NCBI GenBank assembly: GCA_963793865.1 | Contig: CAWCBP010000004.1 | Coordinates: 128,001 to 192,000 of the forward strand | Source of the DNA: an uncultured delta proteobacterium | GTDB lineage: Bacteria; Desulfobacterota; WTBG01 | Reading direction: 5' to 3' | DNA length: 64,000 nt | Part shown: in pieces, positions 29,751 to 38,448 of the stretch | Numbering within the stretch: the stretch's first letter is position 1 | Layout: every line of letters starts with the position of its first letter | Notes under the pieces: model-generated | What the model was told of the DNA's origin: nothing | The model's input: the letters and a program-made list of their open reading frames with translations, nothing else | The model's database searches: none | Translations under genes and position numbers: made by a program

Positions 29751-32468
29751 ATGACTCCCATGCTCAGGCAATACCTATCCATCAAGGAAAAGCTGAAGGA
29801 CGCCATTCTCTTTTTCCGGCTGGGAGATTTTTATGAAATGTTTTTTGAAGATGCCCTGAAGGCATCCGCCATCCTTGACATCACCCTCACCTCGCGGGAC
29901 GGGGGCAGCGCCGGCAAGGTGCCCATGTGCGGCGTTCCCTATCACGCGGCAAAGGGCTACATCAATCGCCTCACCCGGGAAGGCTTCAAGGTGGCCATCT
30001 GTGAGCAGACGGAAGACCCCCAGGCCGCCAAAGGCATTGTCAGAAGAGAAGTGGTGCGCATCATCACCCCCGGCACCAACCTGGAAGACGATGAACTCAC
30101 CCAGACGCACAACAGCTATATCGCGGCCTGCTGCGTGACGGGCGGGGTGTGGGGGCTCAGCTATCTCGACCTTTCCACCGGTGATTTCAGGCTTACCGAG
30201 CTTGAGAAGGATGAAGACCTTCTGGACGAGATCTGCCGGCTGCGTCCCCGGGAGTTCATCGTTGCCGAGGGACTGAAGGAGAACCGGCCCTTCCTGCACA
30301 TCCTCGCCCAGGCGGGATCGCCGGTGGTGAATCAGTACCAGGAGTGGGTCTTCGATCCGGAGGCGGCCGAAAAAAACCTGGAGCGGCAGTTCGGGCTCAA
30401 GTCGCTGGAAGGTCTCGGCTTATCCTCCTACAGCGCGGGCATCGGGGCCGCCGGCGCCCTGCTCTATTTTCTCAAGGACAACCTGCTCACCTCCCTCGGC
30501 CACCTCAAGCGGCCGCTTCCCTACCGCTCGTCCCAGTACATGATGCTCGACCGGCGGACACAGAGAAACCTGGAGCTTACGGAGCCGCTCTCCGGCGACG
30601 GCAAAAGCGTCACCCTTTTTTCCGTCCTGAATAAAACCCTGACCCCCATGGGGGGACGGCTGCTTGCGCAGTGGATCAAGCAGCCCCTCCTTTCCCTGCG
30701 GCTCATCCGGGAGCGCCACGCGGCCATTGACGATCTCCTGGCACAGCGGGAAACGCTGGGCGCGCTGCCGGGGCTGCTCAAGCCGGTCCGCGACATGGAG
30801 CGGCTGCTCTCGCGGATCGCCTGCGGGGTATGCTCGGCCAGGGAGCTGGTGGCCATGAAGGAATCGCTGAAGGCGGTTCCGGAAATAAAAAGCGCCCTTG
30901 CCTGCCTCACCTCGCCCCTGCTGACCGACAGGCGGGAGGCGCTGGTTGAACTGCATGAGCTCACCGCGCTCATCGAAAAAGCCATTGTCGATGACCCGCC
31001 CTTCCCGGTGAAGGAGGGCGGCATCATCAGGCAGCACTACCATGAAGGCCTCGATGAGCTGCGCGGCAGGGCGCGCCAGGGTAAGCAGTGGGTTGCGGCC
31101 TTCCAGGAGAATGAGCGGCAGCGGACCGGCATCAAGTCGCTGAAGGTGCACTATAACAGGGTGTTCGGCTACTACATCGAAATCACCAGGCCCAATCTTT
31201 CGCTCGCGCCGTCCGATTACATCCGCAAGCAGACGCTGGTCAACGCGGAGCGGTTCATCACCGCCGAGCTGAAGGAATGGGAGGACAGCATCCTGGGCGC
31301 GGAGGAAAAGGCAAACGCGCTGGAGTATACGCTGTTCGAAGAGGTGCGGCAGGAGCTGCTGAACTACGTTCCTCAGGTCCAGCGCATCGCGGAAGCCCTG
31401 GCCCTGATTGACGTGCTCTTCTGCCTGGCCAGGGTGGCCCTGAGCAACGGCTACGTGAAGCCCGACATCGATGAGGGGCCCGCCATTACCATTACGGGCG
31501 GCAGGCATCCGGTTGTGGAACGGGTGCTTGAGGAGGGGCAGTTCGTTTCCAACGACACCGCGCTCGACCAGAAAAAAAACCAGCTGCTCATCATCACCGG
31601 GCCCAATATGGCGGGGAAATCCACCTACATCAGGCAGGTGGCGCTTATTGTCATCATGGCCCAGATGGGCTCTTTTGTCCCGGCGGAGGCGGCGCGCATC
31701 GGTCTGGTGGACACCATCTACACCCGGATCGGCGCCAACGAGAACCTGGCCCGTGGGGAAAGCACCTTCATGGTGGAGATGCTCGAAACCTCGAACATTC
31801 TCAACAACGCCGGACCCAGGTCTTTGGTCATCCTCGATGAGATAGGCCGCGGCACATCAACCTTTGACGGGGTTAGCATTGCCTGGGCGGTATGCGAGTT
31901 TCTTAATAAAAAAAGCGGCGCCAGGCCCAGGACGCTCTTTGCCACCCATTTTCACGAGCTGGGGGAACTGGAGCGCTCCCTTGAGGGTATCAAAAACTAC
32001 AATATCACCGCCCGGGAGGCGGGCGATGAAATAGTGTTCATGAGAAAAATCGTGCCGGGGGTTGCGGACAAGAGCTACGGCATCCAGGTGGGCAGGCTGG
32101 CCGGCCTGCCCGAAGAGGTGGTGCAGCGCTCAAAAGAGGTGCTTCTCTACCTCGAGGAGGAAAAGATCTCCGAAGAGGCGCTGGCAAAAAAGCTGAGCAC
32201 CCGCAGGCGGCGGGAAACGGTCACCCCGCTTCCGCTTTTCAACCAGCGGGGAGCGGGAAGCGCGCCCGAGCTCCTGGAGTTTAAAAAGACGCCTCAGGGC
32301 GCCGCCCTTGCCGGCGCTGACACCATCAGCCACCCCCTGCTTGAGGAGATCAGGCAGCTTAACCTTGAAGCAATGACCCCGCTTGAGGCACTCAATCACC
32401 TGCACGCCCTCAAGCAGAAGCTGCTTGAGACTTCACCCCTCATCCCAAAATCTAAAAATAGCTCCTAA
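29751..32468 (+). CDS. mutS: DNA mismatch repair protein MutS
   Basis: TPMLRQY, GDFYEMF, TGPNMAGKST, DEIGRGTS, ATHFHEL. Confidence 0.98.
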   Translation: MTPMLRQYLSIKEKLKDAILFFRLGDFYEMFFEDALKASAILDITLTSRDGGSAGKVPMCGVPYHAAKGYINRLTREGFKVAICEQTEDPQAAKGIVRREVVRIITPGTNLEDDELTQTHNSYIAACCVTGGVWGLSYLDLSTGDFRLTELEKDEDLLDEICRLRPREFIVAEGLKENRPFLHILAQAGSPVVNQYQEWVFDPEAAEKNLERQFGLKSLEGLGLSSYSAGIGAAGALLYFLKDNLLTSLGHLKRPLPYRSSQYMMLDRRTQRNLELTEPLSGDGKSVTLFSVLNKTLTPMGGRLLAQWIKQPLLSLRLIRERHAAIDDLLAQRETLGALPGLLKPVRDMERLLSRIACGVCSARELVAMKESLKAVPEIKSALACLTSPLLTDRREALVELHELTALIEKAIVDDPPFPVKEGGIIRQHYHEGLDELRGRARQGKQWVAAFQENERQRTGIKSLKVHYNRVFGYYIEITRPNLSLAPSDYIRKQTLVNAERFITAELKEWEDSILGAEEKANALEYTLFEEVRQELLNYVPQVQRIAEALALIDVLFCLARVALSNGYVKPDIDEGPAITITGGRHPVVERVLEEGQFVSNDTALDQKKNQLLIITGPNMAGKSTYIRQVALIVIMAQMGSFVPAEAARIGLVDTIYTRIGANENLARGESTFMVEMLETSNILNNAGPRSLVILDEIGRGTSTFDGVSIAWAVCEFLNKKSGARPRTLFATHFHELGELERSLEGIKNYNITAREAGDEIVFMRKIVPGVADKSYGIQVGRLAGLPEEVVQRSKEVLLYLEEEKISEEALAKKLSTRRRRETVTPLPLFNQRGAGSAPELLEFKKTPQGAALAGADTISHPLLEEIRQLNLEAMTPLEALNHLHALKQKLLETSPLIPKSKNSS

Positions 32469-32480
32469 GTTTTATAGACG

Positions 32481-32592
32481 CTGGAGTATTGGAGTAATGG
32501 AGCACTGGAAGCGTAAAGACACATTGTTGTGGCTAAAAAGCCCCTCCCCCTTGAGCCACAAATCAGATGGTTGTTTTTCAACAACCTGCTAG
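32481..32592. mobile_element. 8-mer repeats (TGGAGTAT-type) followed by a family A short MITE ending in CTAG
   Basis: 32521-32588 is a near reverse complement of 61779-61848. Confidence 0.75.
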
Positions 32593-32630
32593 TGCTTTGA
32601 TTCAGAGCGTGCCTGCTCGGAGGAACACGC

Positions 32631-34412
32631 ATGGGAATCATCAGGGTTTTGCCGGAAGAGCTCACCAACAAGATCGCGGCCGGTGAAGTGGTCGAGCGTC
32701 CGGGCTCGGTGGTCAAGGAGCTGCTGGAAAACGCGCTGGACGCCCGGGCCACCAGGATTTCCGTGAGCATCAGGCACGGTGGGAAAAGCTTCATCAAGGT
32801 GACCGATAACGGCCGGGGCATGGACCGGGAGGATGCCCTGCTCTGCGTGAAAAGCCACACCACCAGCAAGATCAGAGCGGTTGAGGATATCTTTTCCATC
32901 GCCAGCCTGGGCTTCAGGGGTGAAGCGCTCGCTTCCATTGCGGCCGTATCCAGGCTCACCCTGACAACCAGGGACGATTCCCATCCGGCGGGAACCGAGA
33001 TCCACTTGGACGGGGGAACGGTGGAACGTATCAGGGAGGTCGGCATTCCGGTCGGGACCAGCGTGGAAGTGAGCGACCTCTTCTTCAACACCCCCGCCAG
33101 GAAAAAATTCCTCAAGGGGGAGCGGGCCGAGTATGCCGCCATCGCGGAAACCATCACCACCACCAGCCTGGCGCACCCCGGTGTTGCCTTCAAGCTTGCC
33201 AGGGACGGCGAGGTGATATTCGATTATCCTCCCGCATCCCATCTTAAGGAGCGCGTCCTCCAGACCCACCACCGCGCGTGGGACACCCACCTGCTGCCGC
33301 TCGATGCCGCGCAGGGAGGCGTTGCCCTGCAGGGATACATTGCCACAGCGGAACTGTCCCGCACCAACCGCACCGCCCAGCTCTTTTTCATCAACAAGCG
33401 TCCCATAAAGAGCCTTCCCTTGAGTTATGCCCTGCAGCGGGGCTATGACGGATATTTGCCCCCGGGCCATTTTCCGGTTGCCATTATAATGCTCACCATT
33501 GATCCGGCCCTGGTTGACGTCAATGTGCATCCCGCCAAGCGGGAGGTCAGGCTGCAGGATGAGCGGTTTGTGCTCGACCAGCTGGCCCATGCCGTGCGGG
33601 AACACCTCAAGCGGGCGAACCATGCCCCCTCCATGTCATTCACCTACGCGCTGGACAAAAATAAAAAATACTCCCCCGGCGCCACTGATGCCCCGCCGTT
33701 CATCATTGCCAAAGAAGGAATCGGCGTCAGGGAGATATCCGGATTGGCCGGCGAAGGCCAGGGCGATCTGCCCCTGCAGCGTGCGGCGGAACAACCTGAC
33801 AGCTTTACGGCACATGGCGGTGAGCCGACACTCAAGGTACAGGGGATTCTGGGACAGATCGGACAGAGCTACATTGTTGCGGAATCTGAAGGGGGTCTCA
33901 TCATCATCGACCAGCACGCCGCGCACGAGCGCATCATCTTTGAAGACATACTGTCCGCCATGGAACGGGGCGCCCCCGCGTCCCAGGCCCTGCTGTTTCC
34001 CATCACGCTTGAGTTCGGTTTCAATGAATCCCGGCTGCTTGAAGAGTACCTCCCCATACTCGCCGGCACCGGTTTTGTCATACGCCACCTGGGGAAAAAC
34101 ACCTATTGCATCGACGCCGCCCCCGCCTGGATGGAAAATCTGGCCGTGGGGGATCTCATTCGCGACTTCATCGATGAGGTCTCGGAAGGCAGGGGAGAAA
34201 GGAAGGTTCATGAACGGCGGGAACAGAGCGCCAGGATACTGGCCTGCAAGTCCCGCACGGTCAAGTCCAATACAGGATTGAGCAGAGAGGAAATGGAACA
34301 TCTCATCAGAAGGCTCGAAGGGACAAAAATACCTTTCACCTGCCCCCATGGACGCCCCACCTTTATCAAACTGGCCCTGGATGACCTTGACAAACAATTC
34401 AAAAGAAAGTAA
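32631..34412 (+). CDS. mutL: DNA mismatch repair endonuclease MutL
   Basis: IAAGEVVERP, GFRGEAL, DVNVHP, endonuclease motifs DQHAAHERIIFE and CPHGRP. Confidence 0.98.
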   Translation: MGIIRVLPEELTNKIAAGEVVERPGSVVKELLENALDARATRISVSIRHGGKSFIKVTDNGRGMDREDALLCVKSHTTSKIRAVEDIFSIASLGFRGEALASIAAVSRLTLTTRDDSHPAGTEIHLDGGTVERIREVGIPVGTSVEVSDLFFNTPARKKFLKGERAEYAAIAETITTTSLAHPGVAFKLARDGEVIFDYPPASHLKERVLQTHHRAWDTHLLPLDAAQGGVALQGYIATAELSRTNRTAQLFFINKRPIKSLPLSYALQRGYDGYLPPGHFPVAIIMLTIDPALVDVNVHPAKREVRLQDERFVLDQLAHAVREHLKRANHAPSMSFTYALDKNKKYSPGATDAPPFIIAKEGIGVREISGLAGEGQGDLPLQRAAEQPDSFTAHGGEPTLKVQGILGQIGQSYIVAESEGGLIIIDQHAAHERIIFEDILSAMERGAPASQALLFPITLEFGFNESRLLEEYLPILAGTGFVIRHLGKNTYCIDAAPAWMENLAVGDLIRDFIDEVSEGRGERKVHERREQSARILACKSRTVKSNTGLSREEMEHLIRRLEGTKIPFTCPHGRPTFIKLALDDLDKQFKRK

Positions 34413-34452
34413 CTATTTGTTTCAAGCGCATTTAGTAATTTCGGGATATAAC

Positions 34453-34671
34453 GTGAACGTAGATTCGTTGCTCAGACAAGTTGAGAAAAACGGCCTCATG
34501 AACCCGGAAGAATTGAGGATTTTTATCAGCTCCTGCATCCCTGAGAGCTGCAAAGACTGCTTCTGGCTGGCTGACAGGGAAAAAATTTCCTGCCGGAGTC
34601 CCAAGGAAGCGCCCTGCCGCATGTATCTTCACCGGATATTAAACTATCTTGAAAGCAAAGGGCTGATCTGA
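34453..34671 (+). CDS. Small Cys-rich hypothetical protein (~72 aa)
   Basis: Open frame filling the gap between mutL and a REP; five Cys including CKDC. Start codon uncertain. Confidence 0.45.
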   Translation: MNVDSLLRQVEKNGLMNPEELRIFISSCIPESCKDCFWLADREKISCRSPKEAPCRMYLHRILNYLESKGLI

Positions 34672-34701
34672 AGGTTGAGGGTAAGAAACAAGGTCTTTTC
34701 A

Positions 34702-34729
34702 GTAGGGGCGACCGGCCGGTCGCCCCTAC
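34702..34729. repeat. 28-bp perfect palindromic GTAG REP (family D)
   Basis: GTAGGGGCGACCGG|CCGGTCGCCCCTAC. Confidence 0.9.
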
Positions 34730-34805
34730 AGTTTAACAAAACACTTCGTGTCCCCCCTAAAGAGCATGGGGTTTTGATTCGAAAATAAATTATATGGATT
34801 CCAGG

Positions 34806-35264
34806 TTATTTTATAACTATTTTCCCGTCTTTAACTTCCACTTCAATTCTGCTTTTCTCCTTGAACTCTTTGAGGAGATGCACATCCACTCCGGTTATGC
34901 GGGCGAGGTTTTCATCAGAACCGAGCGCCGTATTAGCGCCTCTCCTTTCCCCTCTTTTTAAAAACCACAGGTAATTATAGTAAACCCAGCTGAGCATCAA
35001 TAAAGTGATGATCAAAACCAGCAGACCGCCCGTTTTCAGTATTTCCAGAAATTCTGCAAGCCCCGCCTTTACAATAAGCTCGGTCTGGAACAATTTAATG
35101 CCAAAAAACCACAGCACAGCGGTCACCACCGGCGATATCCAGTAGGCCCACACCGACCACAGAAAGAGGGTGACCGAACCTTCGATGAGGTAGCGGAACG
35201 GCGACTTAAGCGCCGGCTCATCTATGATTTTAATGTATGCAGTCCCCTGTCCGGACTTTTCCAT
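34806..35264 (-). CDS. pgaD: PNAG biosynthesis protein PgaD
   Basis: Two TM segments, T...W..W.Y and W..YN...F...ERR patterns; directly after pgaC. Confidence 0.85.
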   Translation of the reverse strand: MEKSGQGTAYIKIIDEPALKSPFRYLIEGSVTLFLWSVWAYWISPVVTAVLWFFGIKLFQTELIVKAGLAEFLEILKTGGLLVLIITLLMLSWVYYNYLWFLKRGERRGANTALGSDENLARITGVDVHLLKEFKEKSRIEVEVKDGKIVIK

Positions 35265-36499
35265 GTGACAGTACCTCGGGTTCGGCGAATAAAAACATTA
35301 TACACGCCGACCAGCACTGATAGGGCACTTATGAACCAGTAGAAAAAGGGATACCAGATTGCCCAGAAATAATACTTGAGTGAGGCCCGGCTTTCGTACT
35401 TAAAATCAATAAACAGGCTTACCACCACCTGGATCAGGCACAGCAGGGCGAGTACGGCGCCCGACCAACGGGGTATCAGGGGAAGCGCCGGCTCCGGTGC
35501 GGCAAAAAGGTCGGGGTTGAACGAGTGCAGCCCGTACATGACCAGCCATATTCCGATCAGCAGGAACACCACATGAGCCCACAGGGCGCTCATTACGTAC
35601 TCGATATACACCGGCCACAGGCGCCTCTGACGCAGGTCGGTCCACACCCCGGCATGCTTTTTTATTACCTCCATGCCGCCCTGCGACCAGCGGACCCTCT
35701 GTCGCCACAGGCCTTTTATGGTCTCAGGCACAAGCACCCAGCAGACAGCGCGGGGCTCATAGCGAATGTCCCAGAACTTCTCCTGCAGCTTCCAGGTGAC
35801 ATCGATGTCCTCCGTGACCGTGTCCGTATCAAAAAGCCCGCAGTCGCAGAGGGCGCTCTTTCTGAAAGCGGCAATAACCCCGGAAACGGTGAGTATCTTG
35901 CCCAGCAGACGCTGCGAGCGCTTTATCAGACCGATGATGCTTGAGTATTCGCCCACCTGGATTTTGCCCAGCAGGGTGGTGCGATTGGCAACCCGGGGAT
36001 TGCCGGTAACCGCCCCCACCCGGGGAAACTTGAGAAAATGGTAGGCCATCCATCTGAGCGCGTCCCGGTCGAGAAAGCTGTCCGCATCCATGACTAGAAT
36101 GAATTGCCCTTTGCTGACCAGGATGCCGGTGTTGACCGCCCTTGCCTTGCCGCTGTTGGGCCGGAGATGCACCACCCTGAGCCAGGCGCCGTATTTTTTT
36201 AAAAGCTCATCCAGGATCCGGCCCGTTCTATCGGTGCTGCCGTCATTGACCACGATGGCCTCGTAACGGGGATAGTTGATCTGCGCCAGGTCAGCCAGCG
36301 CGTCCCCTATGGTTCCTTCCTCGTTATGGGCGGGAATAATGATGGAAAAGAGCGGGCAGTCGTCAGGGGCGGGAAGGTCCACCTTTCTCCGTTCCCAGCG
36401 AAAGTAGAACAGCAGTCCTCCCGCGATCCATATGAAGCTCATATAGAGCGGGTGGAGAAAAACAAAATAGTTAATTGCTTTCCACAACAGGCTTATCAT
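35222..36499 (-). CDS. pgaC: Poly-beta-1,6-GlcNAc synthase PgaC (GT2)
   Basis: DGS, DAD, TED, QRVRW motifs and C-terminal W.SPDRG. Confidence 0.95.
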   Translation of the reverse strand: MISLLWKAINYFVFLHPLYMSFIWIAGGLLFYFRWERRKVDLPAPDDCPLFSIIIPAHNEEGTIGDALADLAQINYPRYEAIVVNDGSTDRTGRILDELLKKYGAWLRVVHLRPNSGKARAVNTGILVSKGQFILVMDADSFLDRDALRWMAYHFLKFPRVGAVTGNPRVANRTTLLGKIQVGEYSSIIGLIKRSQRLLGKILTVSGVIAAFRKSALCDCGLFDTDTVTEDIDVTWKLQEKFWDIRYEPRAVCWVLVPETIKGLWRQRVRWSQGGMEVIKKHAGVWTDLRQRRLWPVYIEYVMSALWAHVVFLLIGIWLVMYGLHSFNPDLFAAPEPALPLIPRWSGAVLALLCLIQVVVSLFIDFKYESRASLKYYFWAIWYPFFYWFISALSVLVGVYNVFIRRTRGTVTWKSPDRGLHTLKS

Positions 36500-38448
36500 T
36501 CCATGACTCCGGAAATTCCCGCGCTGAAATGACCGGCACCAGCTCCTCGATGCGGGGACGGTTCTCAAAAACATTGTCGGGGTAGTAGGCAATGTGGCTG
36601 ACCCCGCGGGAGAGCAGATAGCGCAGTTCCCTGACCAGTTCTTTTTCAGGGATCCAGGCGCCTTTTGACCAGTCGAAACTCTGGATCTTGAAAACCACTT
36701 TATCCAGCGCCTGCCGCTCAGCGGCCTCGTCCACCAGTGCGGAAAACCATTGCCTGATGCGTTTGCCGCCCTTTATTTTTTCCATCCGGGGATAGGCCAT
36801 GATCACCGTGTACTCATAGCGCTTTACATAGTCATCAAAATCCTGGGCGAGCCACTCCCGCGAAGCGGGGTTTAACACGGCCTCGCTGTAAATATTCCGG
36901 GCAAATTTCGCCTCCGGCCTGAAGTATCTCACTTCGGATTTCAAGTCCTCTATAAACAGGTTGATGGTTTTCGTCTTGATCTGCGCCCACTCACTTTTGA
37001 ACCGGTCTTCCTTCAGGCTGCGGGGATTAAAATCAGGGCCGTACAGCTCTTTAAGCAGAGCCAGGGCCGCGGGGTGGTAATCTTCATCCTCTGAAAGATA
37101 GGCGTCATCCTGAAAGAGAATGCCGTCAAAGCGGACGTGCGCCGCGAGATCCCGGTAGAGTGACCTGACGATGTCAAGGCTTCTGCCCTCGAAAGGTGAC
37201 AGTCTCCGGTACCAGGAAGTGGTAACAATGCTTTCGGCACCCCTCAGCTCCCTGACCTTCAGGCTTTCATTCAGCGCGCGGTCCGGAAGCTCATAGCTTA
37301 AAACAGGCATCCATATGTATACCTCCATGCCCCGTATGCGTATTCTGTTGGTCACGTGCCCGAGGAAATCCGATATCACCGGAAGCGTTGCGTTGCGATA
37401 GTAGAGCGAACCTATGTTCCCCGATCCATCCCGGTCACAAAATCCCTGCAGGAACACGGTGTTGACACCCGCCGCCACAAGCCGCTCAATCAGGAGCCCC
37501 AGGTTGGCATCGCTTCGCTCGTAGGAATCCGGGTCAACAATGGCATCGAGATCTATCTGAACCGCCCTTATTTTTTTCATTCCCGCGAGTTTGAATTCCT
37601 GCTTCAGCCGCGAGGCAAAATCTTCAAAGTCAATCTGGCTGGTGATGATATTGCGATTGATCATATCAACCGCGTTCAGTGAAGCGGAACCGGGAGCGAG
37701 GGTAAGCATCAATTCGAACCCGAGCTTCTTCGCCTCATCCATGGCAGGCCGGTTAAACTGGCCGTAGGGCCATGTCAGGATCCGCGGTCTGGTTCCCGTC
37801 TTCGCTTCCAGGATTTCCCCGCTTTGTCTCAGGTCAAAGGCAACCCGACTTCTGAAATGCGCCTCGGTTTCGTAACCGTTTTCAGCCGCCGAATAGATAA
37901 AGGCTGATCCCGCCGCCTCCTCGTTTCCCAGCGGGTTGGCAATGACCCCCTTATGCAAATCGTGGGAATGGGAAGCGGCGTAAATCAGATCCGATCGTAC
38001 CAGCTCCCTGATCTGCTCCCAGGACATCAATTCCTTATCCTTCACATAGTCAGGCTTTCGCTCAATCCAGGAAGTGACTACGGACAGGACTGCCGGATAT
38101 CCGTACAGGCGGAGGACCGGGTACACGAAATCATAAAATGAGCGGTAGGCATCGTCGAAGGTTAAAAGCACCGCCTTGTCCGGCAGCGGGCGCAGGCCCT
38201 TGCGCGCGGCCAGGATGTCTTCCGGGCTCACAACCGCGTACCCGTGGGTTTTGAGGTATTCCAACTGCTTCACGAAAACGTCCCGGGGCACATCTTCCAG
38301 GACGGAAGCCTTTGTCGGAATGTCATGGTAACAAAGCGCCAGGAAGCTATCCGCCGCCCCGGCGGGCTGCACCGACGAGCAGAAAACATGCCGCAATCAC
38401 CAGCACCCTAAAAACTCTTCTTAAACCTGAGATAACCGCCCCACACAT
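36471..38448 (-). CDS. pgaB: PNAG deacetylase/hydrolase PgaB (CE4 + GH153); signal peptide appears frameshifted at ~38365
   Basis: LCYHD, LTFDDAY, SHSHDLH, WPYG, RRLSPF, FQDDA, ARNI, YYPD. Confidence 0.92.

Noticed and set aside
29507..29806. N-terminal extension of the 3D protein through the MITE; likewise ORF 51389-51598 and the extended starts at 29718 and 61800
   Set aside because: These open frames derive from repeat sequence; more plausible starts (signal peptide, RBS or conserved N-terminus) lie downstream.
35222..35264. pgaC/pgaD overlap as a frameshift
   Set aside because: PgaC ends with its normal W.SPDRG motif and PgaD is complete; this is an ordinary overlap.
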